Translations under genes and position numbers: made by a program
The notes under the pieces: generated by a model
Database searches by the model: none
What the model saw: the letters and a program-made list of their open reading frames with translations, nothing else
Told to the model about the DNA's origin: nothing
Source of the DNA: Planctomycetota bacterium
Lineage (GTDB): Bacteria > Planctomycetota > Planctomycetia > Pirellulales > Pirellulaceae
Assembly: GCA_039179795.1 (NCBI GenBank)
Contig: JBCDEM010000001.1
Coordinates: 567,045 to 631,044, forward strand
Direction of reading: 5' to 3'
Length of the DNA: 64,000 bases
Shown: in pieces, positions 47,702 through 56,620 of the stretch
How the letters are laid out: each line of letters begins with the position of its first letter
Numbering within the stretch: the first letter of the stretch is position 1

Positions 47702-48727
47702 ATGAATGGCCTAACCACTTGCCCGCCCGCAATCCAGATTGGCAATCTTGTTATCGATCCGCCCATTTTTCAGGCGCCGATGGCTGGATTCACCAATGCG
47801 GCGTTCCGGGAAGTCGTGCGACAGTTCGGTGGTGTGGGATTGCTAGCCACGGAAATGGTCAACGCGCGCGGGTTCGTCTGGATGGACGAAAACGAAGCCG
47901 AGCACCCAGATCGGTTATGGGGAGTGGCTGATGAAGCGCGCCCGCTGGCAGTCCAGATTTGGGATAACGATCCCGAGACGATGGCCAAAGTCGGGCGAAG
48001 ACTGGTCGAGGAGTATCAAGTCAGTGTCGTCGACATCAATTTCGGATGTCCCGTGCGACAGGTAACCGAAAAAGCTCACAGCGGCAGCTATCTGCTCAAG
48101 CAACCCGAACGCATGTTCCAGATTATCAGTCGACTGGTGAAGGCATGCGCTCCGACTCCCGTGACGGCAAAGATTCGTTTGGGCTGTACGCGTGACAACA
48201 TCAATTGCAACGATGTCGCGCACGTGGTCGAAGATGCTGGTGCAGCTGCGTTGACCGTTCATGGTCGGACCGCGCAAGACATGTTTCGAGGCAACGCCGA
48301 TTGGGACCGGATCAGCCAAATCAAACATCACTTGAATAACATTCCGCTGATCGGCAACGGCGATCTTGATTCAGCGGAAAAAGTTGTCCAAGCCTTCGAG
48401 CACTACGACGTCGACGGTGTCATGATCGCTCGCGCTTGTTTGGGGCGTCCGTGGTTGTTCGCTCAAGCTGCGGCAGCGTTACGTGGTGAACCGATTCCTG
48501 CCGAACCGACTTTATCGGATCAAAAACAGGTGATGCTGAAACACTATCGGTTGGTGGTCGATCGATTCGGAGAAGAGAAGGGCACGGTGCTAATGCGGAA
48601 GTATGCGTGCTGCTACGCCCAAGGGAAACGAGGCGCTCGCTTCTTCCGTACCCATGTGGCAGCCGTTTCGAGTTCCGAAGAGTTTCATTCCGTCGTGGAA
48701 GAGCACTTTCCGAAAGACGATGGGTGA
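47702..48727 (+). CDS. dusB: tRNA-dihydrouridine synthase (DusB-like)
   Basis: QAPMAG, DINFGCP, TAKIRLG, VHGRT, GNGD, MIARACLGRPW. Confidence 0.92.
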   Translation: MNGLTTCPPAIQIGNLVIDPPIFQAPMAGFTNAAFREVVRQFGGVGLLATEMVNARGFVWMDENEAEHPDRLWGVADEARPLAVQIWDNDPETMAKVGRRLVEEYQVSVVDINFGCPVRQVTEKAHSGSYLLKQPERMFQIISRLVKACAPTPVTAKIRLGCTRDNINCNDVAHVVEDAGAAALTVHGRTAQDMFRGNADWDRISQIKHHLNNIPLIGNGDLDSAEKVVQAFEHYDVDGVMIARACLGRPWLFAQAAAALRGEPIPAEPTLSDQKQVMLKHYRLVVDRFGEEKGTVLMRKYACCYAQGKRGARFFRTHVAAVSSSEEFHSVVEEHFPKDDG

Positions 48728-48742
48728 TTCTTGGCGCCTTCG

Positions 48743-50026
48743 CTACGACTGCAGTAGCTGCTCGATGTAGCGCTTAAACCCCGCCATGTCATCGGGCGGA
48801 TCATTTGGACCGATCACGAGTGGTCCCTGTTCGGGATCATTCGGGTGGACTCCATGGCTTCCACGCGGCAGACTTGCATCGAGGGGGATCACGTCCATCT
48901 TGTATCGAAAGCCAAGCTTCTTTTGAGCGACGCGTGCGATCGCTTTCGCTTTGCTTGTGATGAATAGCTCGCAAGGGTCGTAGCCGGGCTTGCGATGAAT
49001 GTCCACTGTCCGCGCAAAATCTGGAGCCAGCTCATCATCCAACCAGTAATAGTACGTGAACCAACTGTCGTGATCGCTTAACGCAATCAACTCTCCGCTG
49101 CGCGGATGATCCAAATCCAATTCCTGCGGGCGAACCACATTGGAGATACCGACAACGGATCGAAGTCGATCAGCCACCTCATTTACTTTTGCTCGATCAC
49201 GCACGTAGACATGCGCCAACTGATGGTCGGCTACGGCAAACGCTTCCGATTCACCCGGCATCAACATTTCACCGAATGGTCCTTGTCGTACGGTTAACCA
49301 TCCGGCATCACGCAGTTCACGATTGATGTGGACGGGGCGATGAACGGGCACCAAGCCGTACTCGGAAACGATGATCACTTTTGCGTTGATATGTTCGGCT
49401 GCTTCGATAATGGCCCCGGCACACTGATCGACTTCCGCGACGCGTTTCGGATCATGTTGGGGAAAGCGCTGAAAGTCGTAGTCCAGATGAGGCAAATAGG
49501 CCAGCGTCAGTTGCGGTTGCTTCTCACGCATCACTCTTGCGGTCGCTTCCGCGATCCACTGGCTACTGGGCAGACCCGCAGAAGGACCCCAAAAGGAAAA
49601 GAAAGGAAAGGGACCAAGGTTGTTCACCAAGTCACTTTCGGTGTGGTCCAAGATGTCGAACACCTTGGAGCCATCGCATCCGTAATGAGGTTTGGGTGTG
49701 GCGCTATACCTCACCGGAGCCGACTGATTGAACCACCAAAACATCTTGGCTGTTTCAACGCCATCGTAGAACTTGGGTCCCTCGACCAGCGAATTGGCTT
49801 GTTGCCAAAAACGAATCTCCTGTGTTTCGCGGTAGTACCAGCCATTGCCAACGACTCCGTGGTCGCGCGGCGGAAGTCCGGTCAACATCGTGGCTTGTGA
49901 GGTGCATGTGACCGCAGGTAACGGACTACGCCAGGGGATAGCGTGTCCCACCGAACGAATCTGCGGGGCATGATGCAGAAGACTCGGAGTCAGCCCGACT
50001 ACGTTGATGACGCATATCTTGCTCAC
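48743..50026 (-). CDS. Alkaline-phosphatase-superfamily nucleotide pyrophosphatase/phosphodiesterase (EboF-like)
   Basis: INVVGLT, PAVTCTSQATMLTG, YLPHLDY, VSEYG, DIHRKPGYDP, RGSHG; TTG start. Confidence 0.85.
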   Translation of the reverse strand: MSKICVINVVGLTPSLLHHAPQIRSVGHAIPWRSPLPAVTCTSQATMLTGLPPRDHGVVGNGWYYRETQEIRFWQQANSLVEGPKFYDGVETAKMFWWFNQSAPVRYSATPKPHYGCDGSKVFDILDHTESDLVNNLGPFPFFSFWGPSAGLPSSQWIAEATARVMREKQPQLTLAYLPHLDYDFQRFPQHDPKRVAEVDQCAGAIIEAAEHINAKVIIVSEYGLVPVHRPVHINRELRDAGWLTVRQGPFGEMLMPGESEAFAVADHQLAHVYVRDRAKVNEVADRLRSVVGISNVVRPQELDLDHPRSGELIALSDHDSWFTYYYWLDDELAPDFARTVDIHRKPGYDPCELFITSKAKAIARVAQKKLGFRYKMDVIPLDASLPRGSHGVHPNDPEQGPLVIGPNDPPDDMAGFKRYIEQLLQS

Positions 50027-50334
50027 AAGTTCGTAAAAAATCCCGCTGTTGCGTTTCAGTGAAAGACAGGCAGCCCTTGAGTGGCTTCGCTGTCACCAGT
50101 GCCGAAGGGGATGCGGCCCAGGCCGTGTCGATAACACTCGACGAATCGTCACTTTTAGTCAGTTGAGTGACTCTGCCAACGGGGTCAGCATCCCTTCACG
50201 CTGGAAAACAAGTATCTTATTCGGGCAAGCTGCCCTCGACATGCCCGCCAATCCTAGCGGGAAAGTCGTACGCTCTGTCTCATCGGACGTTACTTCTAGC
50301 CCTGCTGTATCTACTAGGTCGATCGGAATCTCAC

Positions 50335-52092
50335 ATGCTGCCAAGTCGTTTTGTTTTCAATCGGTGGATCTGCTCGCTGTTCGTGGTCGTTATCCTCGGA
50401 GCAGCAGTCCCTCCAAACGGAAACGCTCAGACCGATGCGAATGAGGAAACACAAGCGACGGTAGAATCGTCGGAATCGGGTGTTTCGGTGTCTTCCGATG
50501 AAGAGACAACAGAAACGGGTGCGGTAGATGCCGAAGAACCCGATACATCAGCAGCCGCTGATGCGGACGCTGAAGCAAAAAAGGGAATCGACCAACTTAT
50601 TGATGAGAGCTTTGAACCAGTCGCCAAGTGGTGGGATGGCTTTGTTTTTTATCCGGTCACCATTGCGGAGTTTCAACTGCCGATCGTTTTGATCCTGCTC
50701 GTCTTTGGAGCGACCTTCTTCACGCTGGCGTTCGGTTTCGTGAATTTGCGCTTGCTGCCTCTGGCGATAAACGTTGTTCGTGGCAAATACGACAAGCTTG
50801 AAGAAGACGAGGCGGGCGCTGATGGAAGTGTGCCAGCGCATGCTGACGGTGAAGTCTCGCACTTTCAAGCTTTAGCCACGGCAGTATCGGGAACAGTTGG
50901 GCTCGGGAACATATCGGGTGTGGCTGTCGCAGTTGCAACGGGCGGTCCAGGTGCAACCTTTTGGATGATCGTGTGCGGTCTACTTGGCATGTCGACCAAG
51001 TTTGTGGAGTGCACGCTCGGCGTAACGTATCGGGATGTCGATGCCGATGGCACGGTTCACGGTGGACCGATGTACTATCTGAAAAAAGGGATGACCGATA
51101 TTGGGTTGGCTCCCGTTGGAACGGTCTTTGGAATTGTGTTTGCCGTTTTCTGTATCGGTGGGTCCTTCGGCGGGGGAAATGCCTTTCAAGCCAATCAAGC
51201 TGCTCAGCAAATCAAATCCCTATTCGGGCTTCCCGAATCGGGCTCATCTGGAACGATCATCGGTGTGGTGATGGCGATCATGGTGGGCATCGTCATCATT
51301 GGAGGAATTAAGAGGATTGCGAGTGTGACGGAAAAGATCGTTCCCTTCATGGCGATCATTTATTGCGTGGCGGCATTGGTGATCATCTTGATGAACCTTA
51401 CGGCTGTGCCAGGAGCGATCGGCCAGATTATTTCGGGTGCGTTCACTCCGGGCGCAGCGTTTGGAGGCGTGCTGGGTGTGCTGATTCTTGGATTCCAACG
51501 GGCCGCTTTCTCGAACGAAGCTGGAGCTGGATCGGCGGCGATTGCCCACTCGGCGGTCAAGACCCGCTACCCGGCATCTGAGGGCATCGTCGCATTGCTA
51601 GAACCATTCATCGACACCGTCGTGATTTGCACGATGACTGCGTTGGTGATCGTGATTTACAACTCGGGAAATCTTTTCGAGTGGGGCGACGTTGAGTCCA
51701 AGATGGTGTTGATCGACGGAGTGAGAGTTGGTGGCGTCGACTTGACGAGCCAGGCATTCGACAGCGTCTTGCCCGGTTTCCGCTATGTGCTAACGATCGC
51801 GATTATTCTGTTTGCATTTTCGACGATGATTTCGTGGTCTTATTACGGTCTCCAGTCTTGGAAATACCTCTTTGGCCGCAGTGCGGTTGCCGACCTGACC
51901 TACAAGTTTCTGTTCTGCTGTGTGATCGTTATCGGAGCGGCTGTTTCTCTGGGATCGGTGATTACGTTTTCGGACGCGGCGATTTTTGCCATGGTTTTCC
52001 CCAACATGATTGGGTTGTTCTTGCTCTTCCCCAAGGTTCGTCGGGAATTGAAGACGTTTCTGTCGGCCTGCCGCGAAGCTGACAAATCGTAG
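50335..52092 (+). CDS. Sodium:alanine/glycine symporter family (AgcS/AlsT-like)
   Basis: SHFQALATA..GTVGLGNI, GGPGATFW, GGPMYYL, FSNEAGAG, FIDTVVICTMT, FAFSTMISWSYYG, PNMIGL; start set at ATG 50335. Confidence 0.95.
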   Translation: MLPSRFVFNRWICSLFVVVILGAAVPPNGNAQTDANEETQATVESSESGVSVSSDEETTETGAVDAEEPDTSAAADADAEAKKGIDQLIDESFEPVAKWWDGFVFYPVTIAEFQLPIVLILLVFGATFFTLAFGFVNLRLLPLAINVVRGKYDKLEEDEAGADGSVPAHADGEVSHFQALATAVSGTVGLGNISGVAVAVATGGPGATFWMIVCGLLGMSTKFVECTLGVTYRDVDADGTVHGGPMYYLKKGMTDIGLAPVGTVFGIVFAVFCIGGSFGGGNAFQANQAAQQIKSLFGLPESGSSGTIIGVVMAIMVGIVIIGGIKRIASVTEKIVPFMAIIYCVAALVIILMNLTAVPGAIGQIISGAFTPGAAFGGVLGVLILGFQRAAFSNEAGAGSAAIAHSAVKTRYPASEGIVALLEPFIDTVVICTMTALVIVIYNSGNLFEWGDVESKMVLIDGVRVGGVDLTSQAFDSVLPGFRYVLTIAIILFAFSTMISWSYYGLQSWKYLFGRSAVADLTYKFLFCCVIVIGAAVSLGSVITFSDAAIFAMVFPNMIGLFLLFPKVRRELKTFLSACREADKS

Positions 52093-52440
52093 GGCGTGAG
52101 ATTTCGTTGGCTGTCGGATTTGATCCCCCCCGACAGCGATGGGCTCGGCAGATCTTCCCCTGAACGCTGTTAGCAGAAGTCGTCAAGACGTTCGGCGGTG
52201 TTTCGGAACCCGATCGGAGCTGACGAAACTCTGGACGAGTTTTGCTACCTGTAGATGCTTTCCCCCGATAGCACGCCGCGTGGCCTTCGGGTGTTAACTC
52301 AACGTCAACGATGCTTCAGCGTGTGACTTGTCCGTGTGTTTTCTGGGAGGGAAATCACAATGGGGTGTTCGATCCGGCCATCAGATCACGCCCGATCAAT
52401 TGAAGTCCGGTGCCGAGCGTGGCACCGACGGTTGAAGAAA

Positions 52441-52515
52441 GGTGGTCAGGGGCGGGCTCGAACCGCCGACACCGGCCTTTTCAGGGCCGTGCTCTACCAA
52501 CTGAGCTACCTGACC
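52441..52515 (-). tRNA. tRNA-Phe(GAA)
   Basis: Reverse complement GGTCAGGTAGCTCAGTTGGTAGAGCACGGCCCTGAAAAGGCCGGTGTCGGCGGTTCGAGCCCGCCCCTGACCACC: acceptor stem GGTCAGG/CCTGACC, D loop, anticodon loop CT-GAA-AA, GGTTCGA T loop. Ends ACC then T, so CCA is not fully encoded. Confidence 0.97.
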
Positions 52516-52603
52516 AGGAATTGACGTCGTGATGCAAACAATCCTGGCGAAATCTGCCAGAACCACACCAATCGGTCAATTCGATGGTGGGCGATCGTAG
52601 GGT

Positions 52604-54340
52604 ATGATGCGTCTTGTCGTCAATTGGTTCGAAGCTTGGGATTCCCCGTTTCTTTTCTCGTTTGCCCGTTCATTGATGATGGCCCACCAAAAGATCGTTT
52701 GTTTTCCGGGTATCCGGATCCTGCTCGCCGCCACGCTGTTTGCGACGGTAGCACCGCGTCTCGACGGCTATGAGCCGACCGATCCCGTCGTGCAGAAAAT
52801 GGTTAATCGAGGGATTGGCTTCCTAGAAGCCACTCGCGAAAGCCGCCCACTGCAAGGCGGCGATGCGATTTTAATTGCTTATGCGCACTATAAAGTCAAG
52901 CACGATCCAGAGAATCCTGTCGTGCAGCTAGGCCTGACCGAGGCGAATCGAGTCGTCCGCCAGCTTGAAGGTGGCGGGGGATCGGCGTTGGGACTGAAAG
53001 AACATTACATCATGTCGATTGCTGTCCTGTTTTATGCAGAGCTGGACGCAAAGGTGTACAAGAAGGAACTGCAGATCCTGCAGCAAGCCTTGTTTGAAGG
53101 TCAGTCCGCCCACGGCGGTTGGGGCTATCGTGGTGACAAGGATGGTGATGTTTCGCAGGTTCAATACGTTCTTTTGGCGATTTGGACGCTCGACCGAAAC
53201 GGGATTCCGTTGGATTACAACCGCGTCGTCACCACGATTCAGTGGCTCTTGCGTGTGCAGAGCAACAACGGGGGTTGGCCTTACCACGGCAAGGATCCAG
53301 GCGTTGGCAATCCGCTGATTCAACAACCAAAAGTGGATATGTCGATGTCACTGGCCGGCGGCAGCAGTGTGTTGATCGGCGGTGACGCTTTAAGGCTATG
53401 GGGGAACACGGTCGATGATGACGACACCGGGATTCCCGGTCTGCCCAAAGCGATTCGGATCTATAAAGAGGATGCGAATACTGGCCGGCGAAAGCGGGTC
53501 AACATGTCCCAGGAACCCATCAAGCGTGCGATTCGCTTCATGGAGGGTTGGCGAGATAAAAACCCGTACAAGAAATCACAACTGATCGACTGGTACTACT
53601 ACCAGCTTTACACACTCGAGCGTTACGAGAGTTTTGTTGAGATTGCCAACGGGTTGCCAAAGGATTCAAGTCCAGCTTGGTACAACCAGGGCGTCGAAGA
53701 ATTGCGACGCTTACAAGACAGTGAAGGCGGTTGGTCCGAGAGATCGCTCTCCTTTCCTCAGCAAAGCACGGCCTTTGCGTTGTTGTTTCTGATCCGCAGT
53801 ACTCAGCGAACGATCTTCACCATGAGCGCGGGTTCGCTGCAGGGCGGCTACGGTTTGCCCTCGGACACGACCGATATTCGCGTCGACGGAACCCAGATTA
53901 AGGGAGCTCCGATCGCTGCTTCGGTAACCGACTTGCTCGATATTTTGGAAGAAGATGACACCGGGGATACCGAAGGAAAGTCAATTCCTGACGATCTGCA
54001 ACTGGAATCGGACCCGACGGTTCGCGCCGCCCAGTTGGATCGACTGGAAAGATTGGTGCGGGGCAGTCGCTCCTGGCAAGCCCGACGGGTTGCCGCTCGA
54101 TTGCTAAGCAAGAGTGATGAATTGCGAGTGGTTCCTTCGCTAGTCTATGCACTTAGCGATCAGGATGACTCGGTCCGTCGATTCGCTCGGGACGGGCTAA
54201 GATTCCTGAGCCGCAAATTTGACGGTTTTGGAATGCCAGACAAGCCGAGTCTCGTGGAAACGCAGAATGCCCAACGCAAATGGCGAGATTGGTACCGTTC
54301 GGTGAACCCAAATTACGTCTTTTTGGATTACGATCTTTGA
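52604..54340 (+). CDS. Exported prenyltransferase/squalene-cyclase-repeat (QW motif) protein with C-terminal HEAT repeats
   Basis: QSAHGGW, QSNNGGW, QDSEGGW; C-terminal ARRVAARLL..VPSLVYALSDQDDSVRRFARDGL. Start probably near 52675. Confidence 0.8.
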   Translation: MMRLVVNWFEAWDSPFLFSFARSLMMAHQKIVCFPGIRILLAATLFATVAPRLDGYEPTDPVVQKMVNRGIGFLEATRESRPLQGGDAILIAYAHYKVKHDPENPVVQLGLTEANRVVRQLEGGGGSALGLKEHYIMSIAVLFYAELDAKVYKKELQILQQALFEGQSAHGGWGYRGDKDGDVSQVQYVLLAIWTLDRNGIPLDYNRVVTTIQWLLRVQSNNGGWPYHGKDPGVGNPLIQQPKVDMSMSLAGGSSVLIGGDALRLWGNTVDDDDTGIPGLPKAIRIYKEDANTGRRKRVNMSQEPIKRAIRFMEGWRDKNPYKKSQLIDWYYYQLYTLERYESFVEIANGLPKDSSPAWYNQGVEELRRLQDSEGGWSERSLSFPQQSTAFALLFLIRSTQRTIFTMSAGSLQGGYGLPSDTTDIRVDGTQIKGAPIAASVTDLLDILEEDDTGDTEGKSIPDDLQLESDPTVRAAQLDRLERLVRGSRSWQARRVAARLLSKSDELRVVPSLVYALSDQDDSVRRFARDGLRFLSRKFDGFGMPDKPSLVETQNAQRKWRDWYRSVNPNYVFLDYDL

Positions 54341-54408
54341 TGGAAACCGAACGTCGGTCGCTCGTCCATTTTTGAACTTCTCACTCCCACCCGAAAATCT
54401 CGAACGGA

Positions 54409-55341
54409 ATGTCGTCGGTCACAAGCCCCGAAGCTGCTCCAGTCGCGTCACCTGACTCGACGGTGGAGGAGCGTAAAGCAGAACGCGAAAAGTTACGAAT
54501 CAGCCGATTCGATATCATCACGTCATTTTTCATGGCGTTGATCCTGTTTATCGGCACGTTCGTGCTGATGCTGTTCATCATTTGGCTAACGAGCCGGTGG
54601 TCGTTCCCCTCGGAGCCCATCAAGCCGATCATTGAGGAGCCCGCCGGTCGCGGTGAAAACCCAGAGGGTTTCGAACGTGACTTTGAGCCTCCAGGTGCTG
54701 AAGAGGTCGAAGAGCTTATGGAGCCGACCCTGCAGGACACCATTGAGGCCGTCACCGATGCGGTCAGTACCGTTGCTGCAGCGTTGGTTACCAGCGACAC
54801 CCAAGCCGTTGCGACAACGTCCGGTACGGGAGCGGGTGATAGCCGACCTCCCGGCCCACCTGGCGAGGGAGCCGATATCATCCCGCGCTATGAACGTTGG
54901 CAGTTGAATTTCACTGCTCGCGACTTAAGGACGTACGCGGTCCAATTGGATTTTTACAAGATCGAATTGGGTGCGATCGGTGGTTCGATCCAAGGTGTGG
55001 ATGTCGCTAAGAATCTTGCTGCCGGTCGACCGAGTACTTATCGCGTTGTGGACACCGCTTCCGAGAAGCGTTTGTACTTCATGTGGAACAGTCCGAGCCC
55101 GTTGATGCAGTTTGATCGACAACTGCTCCAGCAAGCTGGGGTCTCGCTGCCCAACCGGCAGATGCTGAAATTCATTCCGAAGGATTTAGAGAACCAGCTC
55201 GCTCAGATCGAGTTGGATTATTCAGCATCGAAAGGCTACCCGTCAGTGACTCAGATCGCCAAAACGGTCTTCGAGAGTAAGTCTGACGGTAGTGGCTACA
55301 AATTTGAAGTGATCAGTCAACGTTACCGCAAAGGTAAATAG
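54409..55341 (+). CDS. Single-pass membrane protein, TonB/TolA-like architecture (hypothetical)
   Basis: Short N-terminus, one TM (ITSFFMALILFIGTFVLMLFIIWL), acidic/Pro/Thr-rich linker, globular C-domain; directly upstream of exbB-like gene. Confidence 0.6.
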   Translation: MSSVTSPEAAPVASPDSTVEERKAEREKLRISRFDIITSFFMALILFIGTFVLMLFIIWLTSRWSFPSEPIKPIIEEPAGRGENPEGFERDFEPPGAEEVEELMEPTLQDTIEAVTDAVSTVAAALVTSDTQAVATTSGTGAGDSRPPGPPGEGADIIPRYERWQLNFTARDLRTYAVQLDFYKIELGAIGGSIQGVDVAKNLAAGRPSTYRVVDTASEKRLYFMWNSPSPLMQFDRQLLQQAGVSLPNRQMLKFIPKDLENQLAQIELDYSASKGYPSVTQIAKTVFESKSDGSGYKFEVISQRYRKGK

Positions 55342-55439
55342 CTGATCCCATCATCCGAAGCGACATCGTCCGTTTGCGTCGCGTCCATTCCGAATAATCC
55401 TTCGAACTCAAGTGTTTACTGATAAGGATCTCTTCCCTG

Positions 55440-56099
55440 ATGTTACTCGCAGAAACTTCTCTTTTTGACATTATCTCCACCGCCACTTATGGCGCGCTCG
55501 CCGGTGTGGCGTTATGGGGCTTGTACTGCATTGTGATTGTTTGGACTCGCGTCAACCAAAAGCGATTCAAATCGGAAGAAGAACAAGACGCGTTTGTCGA
55601 TGATGTTGAGCAAATGTTGCGTTCGGGAGACTTCGATGGTGTCGCCGAATATTGTGATGGCGACCCGCGTGCGATTCCCCAAATCGTGGAAATGGCCGCT
55701 CACCATCGCGAGCTGGGATACAAGAAATCTCGCCAGTTCGTTGTCGACCGGTTTCAACGGGACGTCATGGCCGACTTGGAATACCGACTTAGCTGGGTCA
55801 GTACCGTTATCAAGAGTGCTCCGATGATCGGGTTGTTCGGGACGGTGTTCGGGATGATGGGTGCCTTTAAAACTCTGGCGACGGCCGAATCGGTTGAGCC
55901 TTCAGCGTTGGCGGACGACATCAACATCGCGTTGCGGACGACGGCTTGTGGATTGGCGATTGCGATTCCGCTGATGATCTTGGTTGCGAACGTCAATATT
56001 CGGATCGCAAAGATGGAAGATCTGGTTGGCGCTGGTTTGGCTCGCTTCATGGCGACCTATCGAGACGCGTTGGCAAAGATCCCCTCCGCACGGCAATAG
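55440..56099 (+). CDS. MotA/TolQ/ExbB proton channel family protein
   Basis: APMIGLFGTVFGM and IALRTTACGLAIAIP; three TMs. Confidence 0.95.
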   Translation: MLLAETSLFDIISTATYGALAGVALWGLYCIVIVWTRVNQKRFKSEEEQDAFVDDVEQMLRSGDFDGVAEYCDGDPRAIPQIVEMAAHHRELGYKKSRQFVVDRFQRDVMADLEYRLSWVSTVIKSAPMIGLFGTVFGMMGAFKTLATAESVEPSALADDINIALRTTACGLAIAIPLMILVANVNIRIAKMEDLVGAGLARFMATYRDALAKIPSARQ

Positions 56100-56136
56100 T
56101 CTCGTACTCATTTCCTTTTGTTAGGGCCAATCTGTC

Positions 56137-56619
56137 ATGAGTGACGTTCCGCAAGATATCGACGGCGATGACGAGTTCGAGCTTCCCCGTAAGAAGCGCG
56201 AAGATGACGAGATGGATATCACACCCATGATCGACATCACCTTCTTGCTGCTGATCTTTTTCATCGTTTGTTCAACGATGGATCCAACGAAGATTGGGAA
56301 GATCCCAGAAGCAGATAACGGAACGGCGATTTCGTCGAAGGACTCCGCCGTTATCTATATCAATCCTGGTCCCGACGACACCGTCATCTTGTCACGGTTT
56401 GATGGAACGGAGTTCAGTCGCGACGAAGACGATCAGGTGACCGAAATCATCGAGTACATCACGGAGGAAATGGAACGTTCTCTCGGGCGATCAAAACGGC
56501 ATGTGATGCTATTTGGTGACGCCGAAGTCAAGGTTGGTCAGGTCACACGAATTCAGAAGATCATTGGTGATGCTTTTGAAGATCTCAATTCGACCTATAT
56601 CGCCGTGAAGGAGTTATAG
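56137..56619 (+). CDS. ExbD/TolR family protein (1)
   Basis: MDITPMIDITFLLLIFF with the conserved TM Asp; periplasmic domain ..LFGDAEVKVGQV. Confidence 0.95.
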   Translation: MSDVPQDIDGDDEFELPRKKREDDEMDITPMIDITFLLLIFFIVCSTMDPTKIGKIPEADNGTAISSKDSAVIYINPGPDDTVILSRFDGTEFSRDEDDQVTEIIEYITEEMERSLGRSKRHVMLFGDAEVKVGQVTRIQKIIGDAFEDLNSTYIAVKEL

Positions 56620-56620
56620 G

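Noticed and set aside
50055-50210. Calling a canonical glycine riboswitch as a feature
   Set aside because: The CTCTCAGG element and a second aptamer are not evident; kept only as a low-confidence finding.
52408-52427. CGGTGCC/GGCACCG hairpin downstream of tRNA-Phe (also GCTGTCGG/CCGACAGC at 52110-52137)
   Set aside because: Plausible terminators but short and without clear U-tracts; ordinary if real.
52100-52600. tRNA-Phe as a possible island integration site
   Set aside because: No integrase or transposase in the window, and no duplicate of the tRNA 3' end noticed by eye; flanking genes look chromosomal.
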